A DNA stretch of 33,267 bases from a virus (taxonomy: Duplodnaviria > Caudoviricetes), in the IMG/VR virus record IMGVR_UViG_3300037045_000061, positions 1 to 33,267 of that record; one strand, 5' to 3'. The translations under genes and the position numbers were made by a program. Shown in pieces: positions 1 to 8,427 of the stretch; within the stretch, counting starts at the first letter, position 1, and every line of letters begins with the position of its first letter. Under the pieces are notes generated by a model. The model did no database searches. It was not told the origin of the DNA and saw only the letters and a program-made list of their open reading frames with translations.

Positions 1-127
1 ATGCCGATCTTGAAAAAATCGAAAATATAAAACTAAGAAACAGTGTTTTGGAAAAGATTGGAACACCAAACTTCAGATATGAGCTTAAGTCTGCAATAGA
101 GAAAGAAGCCAATGCAAGATTGATGGA
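1..127. repeat. Terminal direct repeat (copy at 33141-33267), circular assembly overlap
   Basis: ATGCCGATCT...AAGATTGATGGA is identical at both ends and lies mid-gene, so it is not a biological terminal repeat. Confidence 0.95.
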
Positions 128-815
128 ATCAATGATTGAACAGCTGGGAAAATTCGCGATCAAGGCAAGCGACAGCAATGGCTTACAGTACATCGCAAGC
201 TATTACCCATCCAGCAATCCTATAATAGAACGACCAGGGGATGTAGATAAGGAGATTTATTACTTTGTTGTAAGTAACTATGGCTATGTTACCTTGTATA
301 AAAAGCGCTCTGAATCTGACACCAACGCAGATAAGGAAAAGCTCCTGGAAGAACGAAAGAGACAAGAAGAGTGTCGTGCAGCTCTGGAAGAGATATCAAA
401 GCGGGCATATCGACTTAGGTATGATTTTATCCGTGAATTCTCAAATACCAAGGCTATCAAACACATAGACATTCTCATTGAATATTCGATTAGAGCTATG
501 CTGGAAGATTATGCGAGTGTGGATTTTGATGATTTTGCTGAGTTTTTGGGTCGTAATGTGGAAGGTGAAGAAGTATTGACATTTGAAGATATATCAGAGC
601 ACGTCTTAGCTCAACCGGCACTACACTTGCTTATTGCAATTTATTTAACATTTGATTCCAAGAGACAAAGCTATTATGGCTGGCGAAATCAATATGAAGA
701 GAATGAAACTCTAAATCAATGCTATGATCTGCTTGAAAAACTTGGTTATCAAATGTCCGATGAAGAGTTGGCAATGAAAAACGGAACACATGAGTTGTTT
801 ATGGAGGTGGGGTGA
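1..815 (+). CDS. parB: ParB/Spo0J-like protein, C-terminal part (continues from 32630 across the circular junction, 441 aa total)
   Basis: In frame with the ORF starting at 32630 once the 127-bp overlap is merged. Confidence 0.8.
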   Translation, partial: ADLEKIENIKLRNSVLEKIGTPNFRYELKSAIEKEANARLMESMIEQLGKFAIKASDSNGLQYIASYYPSSNPIIERPGDVDKEIYYFVVSNYGYVTLYKKRSESDTNADKEKLLEERKRQEECRAALEEISKRAYRLRYDFIREFSNTKAIKHIDILIEYSIRAMLEDYASVDFDDFAEFLGRNVEGEEVLTFEDISEHVLAQPALHLLIAIYLTFDSKRQSYYGWRNQYEENETLNQCYDLLEKLGYQMSDEELAMKNGTHELFMEVG

Positions 816-1111
816 TGTCAGAATTTATAAGCCTTAAAAAAATAACAAAAACAAGAAAAATACATACCTGTTTTGCCTGCAGAGGCACCATAGAAAAAGG
901 ACAAAAAGCCTACGCATGGACATCGGTAGATGAAGGCATATATACTACCTACCTGCATGACACATGCGGTCAAGGTTTGGAAAATCATTGTTTTGGTTGT
1001 GATGGTTGCCAAGATTGGGATGGATTTTCTGAGGGATTTATGTATGAGGCTATGTTAAGAGGATATGATTGTGCCCCTTGCGAAAAGTTGAGAAAAGAGG
1101 GGGTGGAGTGA
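812..1111 (+). CDS. Cys-rich hypothetical protein (possible zinc-binding)
   Basis: ARK/TRK-x-H-x-CxxC motif, H-x2-C and further CxxC pairs; coupled to parB; GGAGGT RBS. Confidence 0.7.
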   Translation: MMSEFISLKKITKTRKIHTCFACRGTIEKGQKAYAWTSVDEGIYTTYLHDTCGQGLENHCFGCDGCQDWDGFSEGFMYEAMLRGYDCAPCEKLRKEGVE

Positions 1112-1329
1112 TGGGATATAAAACGCAAGTCATATTGTATGACGATAAGATAAATATTGATAAGGTGTTTGAATTGATATTAGATGCAAGGAAAATATTT
1201 AGAATATGGGATACTGGAATCTTTACAAAAGATTACTGTAAAGTGGTCAAAACAAAAAACGGTTATCGCATCACTAAACAGTACGAAATTGAACCTATCT
1301 ATAGGCCATTACTGGAGGTGGAACAATGA
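1111..1329 (+). CDS. Hypothetical protein
   Basis: ATG at 1111 overlaps the previous stop (GTGATG) after a G-rich RBS. Confidence 0.65.
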   Translation: MGYKTQVILYDDKINIDKVFELILDARKIFRIWDTGIFTKDYCKVVKTKNGYRITKQYEIEPIYRPLLEVEQ

Positions 1330-1571
1330 AGAATACTCTTACAGATTTAAATAACTACCTGTTTGAAACGATTGAAAGATTGTTTGACGATGATGCCACA
1401 GAAGAAGAGATGCAAAAAGAGATAAAGAGAAGCCATGCTGTCACAGCAGTAGCTGAAACAATAATCAAGAATGGAGAGCTGGCATTTAAGACTATGAAGC
1501 ATCTGAATGAGTACGGTATAGAAACGCCCAAGCAATCATTGCCATTGCCACCGATGTTGGAGTCGAAATAA
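1326..1571 (+). CDS. Conserved phage hypothetical protein (type usually found upstream of HNH genes)
   Basis: MKNTLTDLNNYLFETIERL N-terminus; GGAGGTG RBS; ATGA overlap. Confidence 0.75.
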   Translation: MKNTLTDLNNYLFETIERLFDDDATEEEMQKEIKRSHAVTAVAETIIKNGELAFKTMKHLNEYGIETPKQSLPLPPMLESK

Positions 1572-2365
1572 TGGCTATCGGGTATTCTAAAGAGATTAAG
1601 AAATTTATTGCAGATAATGTCAAAGGCACCAAAACATCTGATCTGGCTGAACTGGTAAATTCAAAATTTGGCACCAGCTTCACATCGAAATCTATGAAAA
1701 GCTTTAAAGCAAACTACAGATTAAACAGTGGTACCGGAAAAGGAAGGAAGCCAGCAACTGAGACTAAACTGTATCCAAGCGAAGTTAGGCAGTACATCAA
1801 AGAAAATGCTGAAGGTGTAGGCACGAAAGAAATGACCCAAAGGCTTAATAATCTATTTAACAAAAACTACACTCACAAGCAAATCATGTCTTTTTACAAA
1901 AACAATCAGGTTGTCAGCGGGATCAATACGAGGTTCAAGAAAGGTCACGTTCCACAAAATAAAGGTCAAAAGGGCTATTCAGCTCCAGGATCAGAAAAAG
2001 GTTGGTTCAAGGAAGGGCATCTACCAGCCAACCACAAGCCGGTTGGCAGTGAGAGAATCGATGTCGATGGCTATGTCCTGGTAAAAACCGAAGAGCCTAA
2101 TGTTTGGAATCACAAATCAAGGATGGTTTGGGAAGAACATAATGGACCGATACCGGATAAGCATGTTGTAACATTTCTTGATGGGGACAAGCAGAACATT
2201 CGCATTGATAACTTAGAACTCATCAGTATGGCAGAGTCGCTGCAGCTTACCAGGAGTAACCTGAGAAGCGAAAACAGTGAATTTACAAAGACAGGCGTGC
2301 TGATCACCAGGATAAGAGTTAAAGGGTATGAGTTAAAGAGAAAAGTCCGGAAAGGAGCTAAGTGA
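1571..2365 (+). CDS. HNH endonuclease family protein with duplicated N-terminal domain
   Basis: FKKGHVPQNKG / FKEGHLPANHKPVGSERI motifs; WEEHNGPIP...FLDGDKQN...NL HNH_3-like C-terminus; two similar N-terminal repeats of about 50 aa. Confidence 0.85.
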   Translation: MAIGYSKEIKKFIADNVKGTKTSDLAELVNSKFGTSFTSKSMKSFKANYRLNSGTGKGRKPATETKLYPSEVRQYIKENAEGVGTKEMTQRLNNLFNKNYTHKQIMSFYKNNQVVSGINTRFKKGHVPQNKGQKGYSAPGSEKGWFKEGHLPANHKPVGSERIDVDGYVLVKTEEPNVWNHKSRMVWEEHNGPIPDKHVVTFLDGDKQNIRIDNLELISMAESLQLTRSNLRSENSEFTKTGVLITRIRVKGYELKRKVRKGAK

Positions 2366-2964
2366 TGAAACCGATACTATTTAATACTGAGATGATCAGA
2401 GCGATTTTAGACGGCAAAAAAACAGTTACAAGAAGACTAGTAAAGCCACAACCTATAACAATAACTAAAGACGAAAGAAACAGGGTTCCTGTTGCGTTTT
2501 GGGTTGATAATAAAGAGTGGGTTAAGCCTAAATACCAGGTTGATGAAGTTCTATATGTCAGAGAAACATTTAAAAAAAATATGGATGGATACACCGGGAT
2601 AGATTTTGGAGGTTACATCTACAAAGCTGACTGCAAGAACGTATTTAGAGATGAGTATAATTATTAGATACCATCGATCCATATGCCAAGAGAAGTAGCA
2701 AGATTATTTCTTAGAGTCACTGATCTAAAGGTTGAAAGATTACAAGATATGACACCGTTTGACGCATGGAAAGAGGGTGGAAGAATTGCAAAAACTCTCA
2801 CATGGGAAGAACATATTCCTGAGTTCAAACAAATATATAGGGATATTTGGTTTAAAAGTCTTTGGAACTCAACCATCAAGAAGAAAGACATTGAACAATA
2901 CGGATGGGATGCCAATCCGTGGGTGTGGGTTATAGAATTTGAGAAAAATGAGGTAACGCCATGA
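2362..2964 (+). pseudogene. ASCH/PUA-like phage protein interrupted by an in-frame TAG at 2665-2667
   Basis: MKPILFNTEMIRAILDGKKTVTRR...VRET...*IPSIHMPREVARLFLRVTDLKVERLQD...NPWVWVIEF is one known family; both ORF halves are in the same frame and TAG replaces the conserved Trp (TGG). Confidence 0.75.
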
Positions 2965-3068
2965 AAAAGCTCAAGTATTATTACAGATGTATCAAATGGT
3001 TGTATAAAAACAGGCATTGGACGAATAACCGTCAGAAGTTCAGGTCGATGATGAGAGAGGTGGAGTGA
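2961..3068 (+). CDS. Small basic hypothetical protein (35 aa, MKKLKYYYRCIKWLY...)
   Basis: GAGGT RBS; ATGA overlap with the upstream stop; coupled to the next ORF. Confidence 0.55.
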   Translation: MKKLKYYYRCIKWLYKNRHWTNNRQKFRSMMREVE

Positions 3069-3205
3069 TGAAAAAGATAAAGGTTTATGCCATCTACAAA
3101 GGCGACAGTGACATAAGAGAAGAAGTGAAACGGATAGAAGAGTTATTTGAAGACCAGGGATATGAAAAGTCAGATTTTGTTGTGGTGTGGAGTGAGGAGG
3201 AATGA
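3068..3205 (+). CDS. Small hypothetical protein (45 aa, MKKIKVYAIYKGDSD...)
   Basis: GAGGTGGAG RBS; TGATG overlap; fills the gap exactly. Confidence 0.6.
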   Translation: MKKIKVYAIYKGDSDIREEVKRIEELFEDQGYEKSDFVVVWSEEE

Positions 3206-3384
3206 TGGATAGGACAGCGTTAATGGGTAAGATAGTAACCTTCAAGTTGGATGGGGTTAATGTAAAGGGAACAATAGTCAATGTGAGGTATAAGAAGAAA
3301 ACTGAGCTGTGGATAGATGTGCCGGGGAGAGAATGCCTGGCAGTGATTACCTCAGAGGATGTCATAAAATACGAGGTGGCGTGA
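3202..3384 (+). CDS. Hypothetical protein (small beta-rich)
   Basis: GAGGAGG RBS; coupled start. Confidence 0.65.
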   Translation: MMDRTALMGKIVTFKLDGVNVKGTIVNVRYKKKTELWIDVPGRECLAVITSEDVIKYEVA

Positions 3385-3429
3385 TGGGAGCAAGATGTAG
3401 AAAATGTAGAGATAAGGGGGAAACTGACA

Positions 3430-3834
3430 ATGAACAATGTGATATTAATTGGAAGATTGACAAAAGATCCTGATCTGAGATTCATGGCAACAACAGGCCA
3501 GGCGGTAGCAAACTTTACCTTGGCTGTTGACAAAAACTACAGCAAGGATAAGAAACAAGAAATGGAGAAAAACAACAAACCGACAGCTGACTTCATCCGG
3601 ATAGTTGTCTATGGCAAGTCAGCTGAAAACTGCTCAAATTATCTGAGTAAAGGAAAGCAGGCAGCCGTCCAGGGTAGATTGGCAAATCGGATGTATGTCG
3701 GTAACGATGGAGAGAACAAGTATTATACCGAGATTATAGCGCAACGAGTAGAGTTTATTGGATCAAGTCCGAAAGCTAGAGATAACGATGACGATATCTT
3801 TATACCGGCAGACGATGATGATATACCATTCTAA
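3430..3834 (+). CDS. ssb: Single-stranded DNA-binding protein
   Basis: MNNVILIGRLTKDPDLR...VANFTLAVD...ADFIRIVVYGK; acidic tail ending DDDIPF. Confidence 0.97.
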   Translation: MNNVILIGRLTKDPDLRFMATTGQAVANFTLAVDKNYSKDKKQEMEKNNKPTADFIRIVVYGKSAENCSNYLSKGKQAAVQGRLANRMYVGNDGENKYYTEIIAQRVEFIGSSPKARDNDDDIFIPADDDDIPF

Positions 3835-3845
3835 AGGAGGACTGG

Positions 3846-4280
3846 ATGAATATTGAGCAGAAGCTGAGCCTTTATCCTCACATCGGGGAAGAAATTAAAA
3901 ACCTAAATGATCAGTTGATTGGCATACTGGACAACAAGTACAATGTCACCATCACCAGCAAGCTAAGTGGGATGCCTGGATCAGGCGCGGTATCGGATCC
4001 AACATACATGCAGGTTGAAAAGATATTTAGCTGCTATGACCAGGATATCGAGAAGATCTCAAGCAAGATAGTTGAATTGAATTCTATTCACAGAGAGATA
4101 TGCAACGTCCTTCTGGAACTGGATTATCCAGAGAAGAAGATTATTGAGTTAAGATATTTTAAGAAATACAGGAATTGGGATATGATATGGCCAAAGGTTG
4201 GTTATCAGAAAAGCCAGGGGTTTGTAATCTATAACAACACCATGAAAAAAATTTCTAAGAAAATTAAAAGTCCGGACTAA
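3846..4280 (+). CDS. RinA/ArpU-like late transcription activator
   Basis: SGMP...VSDPT motif and EKKIIELRYF...W C-terminal sigma-r4-like HTH; position at the end of the early region. Confidence 0.75.
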   Translation: MNIEQKLSLYPHIGEEIKNLNDQLIGILDNKYNVTITSKLSGMPGSGAVSDPTYMQVEKIFSCYDQDIEKISSKIVELNSIHREICNVLLELDYPEKKIIELRYFKKYRNWDMIWPKVGYQKSQGFVIYNNTMKKISKKIKSPD

Positions 4281-4304
4281 ATCGGACAAAACATGTGTTA
4301 CTAT
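4271..4304 (+). promoter_or_regulatory. Probable activator-dependent late promoter
   Basis: CGGAC direct repeats 10 bp apart (4273, 4283) followed by extended -10 TGtTACTAT, with no canonical -35; typical of the end of RinA/ArpU genes. Confidence 0.45.
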
Positions 4305-4325
4305 GGAATAGTAGAATTATATGAG

Positions 4326-4349
4326 GGAGCAGCTGAGGCTGCTTCTTTT
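4326..4349 (+). terminator. Hairpin / intrinsic terminator
   Basis: GGAGCAGC-TGAG-GCTGCTTC followed by TTTT. Confidence 0.55.
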
Positions 4350-4387
4350 CGTTATTACAACATAAATTCATATTGAGTTTTGCTCAG

Positions 4388-4416
4388 TTGACAGTCCACA
4401 GCATATAACTTAAAAT
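4388..4416 (+). promoter_or_regulatory. Sigma-A promoter of the moron gene
   Basis: TTGACA-17 nt-TAAAAT. Confidence 0.75.
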
Positions 4417-4450
4417 GTATTAGATAAATAAAAAACTCTGTGAGGCATAA

Positions 4451-5056
4451 ATGGAAACAGATTACAAAAAACAAAGTCTTCATTTTTTAGATTTGAGTCA
4501 TAAATATTTGCAGTTATCTGCCAATCTAATAGGCGAAATGATTAAAAACGAAAATGCTTGTGTGTTGGTGTCAAACTATACAAAAGAAGTTAATATTCAT
4601 AAAGAGCATGATAAAAAAACAGAGTACAGTGATTTTAATATTATGGTTCCTTTACTTTTTAATTTATATCATGGATTAGAACTATATATAAAGGGTTTAA
4701 TGCTTTTGCTTGGGAAAAAGCCTGAACTAAAACATAGTATTGATGAACTTCTTTTAGATTTCGAAAACGATCCATATGAATTGTCGAAAATACTTGCAAA
4801 ATATATTGAATTGCCAACTAAGATTAGTTTTATCAAAGCATATTGTGAAATTAATAGTATTAACACTTCGCATGAGTTTTATATGAATCTAAGGTATCCT
4901 AGTGATCGGTTATTCGAAAATCCAATTGAATACTATCAATTAAAGTATCATGGAGAAGATATTATAGACGAGTTAAAAGAAATCAATAAAGACATTGAAC
5001 ATTTAATAAAAATGTCAATAAAAAATCATAGAGATAAGTACAAGTCGAGCACCTAA
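4451..5056 (+). CDS. Moron: HEPN-fold-like protein
   Basis: FNLYHGLELYIKG...KHSIDELL...LRYP pattern resembles HEPN (PF05168-like); visibly AT-rich; own promoter and terminator. Confidence 0.6.
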   Translation: METDYKKQSLHFLDLSHKYLQLSANLIGEMIKNENACVLVSNYTKEVNIHKEHDKKTEYSDFNIMVPLLFNLYHGLELYIKGLMLLLGKKPELKHSIDELLLDFENDPYELSKILAKYIELPTKISFIKAYCEINSINTSHEFYMNLRYPSDRLFENPIEYYQLKYHGEDIIDELKEINKDIEHLIKMSIKNHRDKYKSST

Positions 5057-5073
5057 CCAGGTGCTTTTTTATT
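5048..5073 (+). terminator. Intrinsic terminator after the moron
   Basis: AGCACCT-AACC-AGGTGCT followed by TTTTTATT. Confidence 0.75.
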
Positions 5074-5084
5074 GGGGTGATGAC

Positions 5085-5630
5085 ATGAATTACGTGGAAC
5101 CAATACGTGACAATACATTAGTGCATAGGATCTCAGATTACCTCAAAGAGAGTAATGACAGAAACTATATCCTGTTTCTGCTTGGAATCTATACTGGATT
5201 AAGGATCTCCGATATCCTGAACCTCAGGGTCAGAGATGTTCACCGGAAGAAGTGTATCTCAATCAGGGAAAGAAAGACCGGCAAGCAGCAGCTACTCGAG
5301 ATCAATCCTGTACTGCGAAGAGAGCTGGAAAGGTATTGCCAGGACAAGAATATAAAAGAATATCTGATCAAATCCAGGGAAGGGATCAATAGGCCTTTGG
5401 GAAGAGTCCAGGCTTACAATATATTGAGATCCGTTGCGGATGTATTCAATATCAGCAACATGGGCTGCCATACAATGAGAAAGACATTTGGTTATCACTT
5501 CTATAAGCAGACAAATGACATTGTAACGCTGCAGCATATCTATAATCATGACCATCCATCTATCACATTGAAGTATATCGGCATCAAACAAGAGGCCATC
5601 AACGATGCTATCAAGAACTTTAAGATCTAA
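5085..5630 (+). CDS. Short tyrosine recombinase (catalytic domain only, resolvase type)
   Basis: TGLRISD, ERKTGK, HTMRKTFGY, NH...TLKYIG catalytic R-K-H-R-H-Y residues; GGGGTGA RBS before ATG 5085; lacks an N-terminal arm-binding domain. Confidence 0.9.
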   Translation: MNYVEPIRDNTLVHRISDYLKESNDRNYILFLLGIYTGLRISDILNLRVRDVHRKKCISIRERKTGKQQLLEINPVLRRELERYCQDKNIKEYLIKSREGINRPLGRVQAYNILRSVADVFNISNMGCHTMRKTFGYHFYKQTNDIVTLQHIYNHDHPSITLKYIGIKQEAINDAIKNFKI

Positions 5631-5655
5631 TAATTTATGCATTAATCTGATTTGA

Positions 5656-5770
5656 GTTTAACACAATCTACAGATGTATAATTCATATTTGAAAATCTAT
5701 GAAAGTGTTGATTTACCAAATATCTCAGGCATCTACACAATTTAACACAATATGTATTATGTATAACTCA
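5656..5770. repeat. Pair of dif-like recombination sites in direct repeat
   Basis: GTTTAACACAATCTACAGATGTATAATTCA (5656-5685) and ATTTAACACAA-TATGTA-TTATGTATAAC-TCA (5740-5770); the left arm differs by one base from the XerD arm ATTTAACATAA. Confidence 0.6.
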
Positions 5771-5794
5771 ACGCTCTTTTGTCCATGATATCAC

Positions 5795-5828
5795 AAGCCT
5801 TGAAACGACTATGTTTCAGGGTTTTTTT
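5795..5828 (+). terminator. Intrinsic terminator
   Basis: CCTTGAAAC-GACTAT-GTTTCAGGG followed by a T7 run. Confidence 0.8.
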
Positions 5829-5923
5829 ATGCGAATTTTCAATTTAATAAGGTTGACAGCTGAGGCTGTAGGGGAAGAAATACTCTTAAAAAGTCATGTG
5901 GGCGGGGGCTAGAGTAAAGGCAG

Positions 5924-6286
5924 GTGAGTGGGTTCAGCGTTTTAAGCAATGAAGAGGTAGGCAATTGGGTCAGAGAATTAATTAATAATAATAACATTCA
6001 TGCGTTTTATACATCAAGATTATGGATTAATTTAAGAGACGAGATACTCAAAGAAAATAAATATGAATGCCAACGATGTAAGGAAAAAGGATTTTATACG
6101 AAAGCCACGCATGTCCATCATGTTCAATATGTCAAAAACCATCCTGAGCTAGTTTTAAGTAAAACATATGTCTACCAGGGTAAAGAATATAGAAATCTTG
6201 TGCCTTTATGTCATCATTGTCATGAAGAGGTGCATGACTATAGACAAAAGGTTAAGAAGAAACCTTTGACAAAGGAGAGATGGTGA
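5924..6286 (+). CDS. Terminase-associated HNH endonuclease
   Basis: FYTSRLW...YECQRC...HVHH...NLVPLCHHCHEEVH; directly upstream of terS. Confidence 0.9.
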   Translation: MSGFSVLSNEEVGNWVRELINNNNIHAFYTSRLWINLRDEILKENKYECQRCKEKGFYTKATHVHHVQYVKNHPELVLSKTYVYQGKEYRNLVPLCHHCHEEVHDYRQKVKKKPLTKERW

Positions 6287-6299
6287 ATGAATAATGGCT

Positions 6300-6385
6300 A
6301 AACATCCCCCCGGTCGAATAAAATCGGATATTAATTTCTGGTACGCTGACTCGGGAGGGTTATATACAAAAGGGATTTGGAAAAG
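6300..6385. other. Probable cos packaging region
   Basis: CCCCCCGGTC...GACTCGGGAGGG between the HNH gene and the probable terS start, the usual cos location in HNH-cos siphoviruses; exact cut site not determinable. Confidence 0.45.
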
Positions 6386-6404
6386 TCCATCAGGAGGTGA
6401 AAAA

Positions 6405-6755
6405 GTGGCGGTGAATAAATATACAAGACAGTACGGTTTATACGTTACCTCAGATGCTTATCAGAATATCAAGCAAGACTTGTTAAATCAGCTGGAGAGA
6501 AACGGTACTTTCGGAAAATACTACAAGGATTTGGTTGATGATTACATGGATATGTGGGTGACAAAGTGCTTGCTGGTGGAAGATATCAGGACTAGAGGCG
6601 TGAGTGTTAAATACAACAATGGTGGTGGACAAAGTGGCTTCAAGAAAAATGATTCTGTTGACCAGCGCATGAAAATCAATGCGCAGATGCTAAGGTTGTT
6701 GGCAGAATTGGATATAAAGCCATCACAAGATGGTGGTGAGGAAGATGACCTCTAA
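6405..6755 (+). CDS. terS: Terminase small subunit (P27-like)
   Basis: DLVDDYM...DIRTRGV...NGGGQSGFKKNDSV...NAQMLRLL; GTG start at 6405 after AGGAGGTGA. Confidence 0.85.
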   Translation: MAVNKYTRQYGLYVTSDAYQNIKQDLLNQLERNGTFGKYYKDLVDDYMDMWVTKCLLVEDIRTRGVSVKYNNGGGQSGFKKNDSVDQRMKINAQMLRLLAELDIKPSQDGGEEDDL

Positions 6756-8412
6756 CATCAACCCTCATATTCTGAGATATATCGAGATGGTGGAGAACAA
6801 AGAAGTGGAAGCCTGCAAGGAACAGCATCAGCTTGTTGCTTTAATCCGAAAATGCTTTAAAGATGAAGACATCTATACAGACAATGAGCAGCTTGAAAAC
6901 TATCTTGGACTGCAAAAGTATTTTCCGTTTGATCTGTTCGATTGGGAGAAGTTCCTGCTTGCGCTGCATCTTTGCACTTATAAAAAAGATAAGGGTGTTC
7001 CCAGGTTTCCTGATTTGTTTCTTCTGTCAGGAAGAGGTACAGGAAAAGACGGGTTCATAGCGTTTGTTTCCAAGTGTCTTATATCTCACTATAACGGCAT
7101 CAAGCACTATGATATCGACATATGCGCCAACAACGAGGACCAGGCAATGAGACCTTTTGAAGATATTTACAATGTCTTGGAAGATCCTCAAAACATCAAG
7201 AAGTTGAAAAGATTCTTTTACTGGAACAAGGAAGAGATCATAAGCCTGAAAACAAAATCAAAGATTAAGTTCAGGACAAATAGCCCAAAAGGGAAAGACA
7301 GCTTGCGATCCGGCGCTGTCATCTTCAACGAGATTCATCAATACGAGAACTATGCCAACATCAATGTCTTCACAACAGGCCTTGGAAAGAAAAAGCATCC
7401 TAGAAGATCCTTTTTGACGACCGATGGCGATGTTAGGGATGGACCTCTGGATCACAAGAAAGACCAGGCTAAGGAAATACTTGATGGAAAGATGCCGGAC
7501 AACGGAATGCTGCCTTTTATCTGCCGGCTTGACAACAAGAAGGAAGTCCATAACAAGAAGAAATGGCCTAAAGCAAACCCATCTCTGCCGTATATGCCTG
7601 ATCTGATGGAGGAGATGGAAAAGGAATATAAGGATTGGAAAGTGAATCCATCTCAGTTCAGCGCTTTCATGACCAAAAGGATGAACATACCAGATGGCGA
7701 TAAAGAAATAGAGGTCACTTCATGGGAAAACATCAAAGCGACCAACATTGAAATCCCTGATTTGACAGGATGGAACTGTGTAGCTGGACTGGACTATTCA
7801 ATGATCACAGATTTTGCCAGTGTTAATCTGCATTTTAAAAATGGAGACTTGAGGTTTGACATCAATCATTCATGGTTATGCCTGCAATCGGGTGATCTTC
7901 CGAGAATAAAGGCACCTTGGAGAGAATGGGCTGATCAGGGATTGATCACGTTGGTTGATGATGTTGAAATACATCCAGAACTGTTAACAAATTGGATTCA
8001 GGAGAAAGGTGCATTGTACAATATCATGAAAATAAGCTTGGACAACTTTCGATATGCATTAATGGCAAATGCTCTAGAAAAAATTGGTTTCAGCGCGAAA
8101 GAACAAAAAAACGTTAAGCTTGTGCAGCCATCTGACATTATGAAAATCGTGCCGGTGATTGATAGTGGATTTGCCAATAAAAATTTTGTTTGGGGAGACA
8201 ATCCAACACTCAGATGGGCTGCCAATAACACCAAAAAAATTAAATCAAGCAAAAAACAAGGCTCGGACACAGGGAATTACTATTACGGAAAGATTGAAGC
8301 CAAGAGCAGAAAGACAGATCCATTTATGGCATTTGTCGCCAGCATGACGATAGAAGCAGAGCTACCAGATAATAGCCTGGATGTACCTGATGTTGATGTC
8401 TATACCTACTAA
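6745..8412 (+). CDS. terL: Terminase large subunit
   Basis: GRGTGK Walker A, VIFNEIH Walker B-like motif, GLDYS RNase H-like nuclease, KTDPFMA C-terminus. Confidence 0.95.
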   Translation: MTSNINPHILRYIEMVENKEVEACKEQHQLVALIRKCFKDEDIYTDNEQLENYLGLQKYFPFDLFDWEKFLLALHLCTYKKDKGVPRFPDLFLLSGRGTGKDGFIAFVSKCLISHYNGIKHYDIDICANNEDQAMRPFEDIYNVLEDPQNIKKLKRFFYWNKEEIISLKTKSKIKFRTNSPKGKDSLRSGAVIFNEIHQYENYANINVFTTGLGKKKHPRRSFLTTDGDVRDGPLDHKKDQAKEILDGKMPDNGMLPFICRLDNKKEVHNKKKWPKANPSLPYMPDLMEEMEKEYKDWKVNPSQFSAFMTKRMNIPDGDKEIEVTSWENIKATNIEIPDLTGWNCVAGLDYSMITDFASVNLHFKNGDLRFDINHSWLCLQSGDLPRIKAPWREWADQGLITLVDDVEIHPELLTNWIQEKGALYNIMKISLDNFRYALMANALEKIGFSAKEQKNVKLVQPSDIMKIVPVIDSGFANKNFVWGDNPTLRWAANNTKKIKSSKKQGSDTGNYYYGKIEAKSRKTDPFMAFVASMTIEAELPDNSLDVPDVDVYTY

Positions 8413-8427
8413 GAAGGAGGTGAGGGT

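Noticed and set aside
1-127. Biological terminal repeat
   Set aside because: It lies mid-ParB, and 127 nt is a typical assembler k-mer overlap; packaging looks cos-type
2362-2964. Genome-wide TAG recoding
   Set aside because: Other genes are uninterrupted in the standard code, and TAG ends int and the hub gene
2664-3533. 289-aa minus-strand ORF
   Set aside because: Antisense shadow of several well-coupled plus-strand genes, with no recognisable motifs
5853-5882. Promoter at TTGACA 5853
   Set aside because: No acceptable -10 at the proper spacing
6294-6404. N-terminal extension of TerS from ATG 6294
   Set aside because: A strong AGGAGGTGA RBS supports GTG 6405, and the upstream segment looks like the cos region
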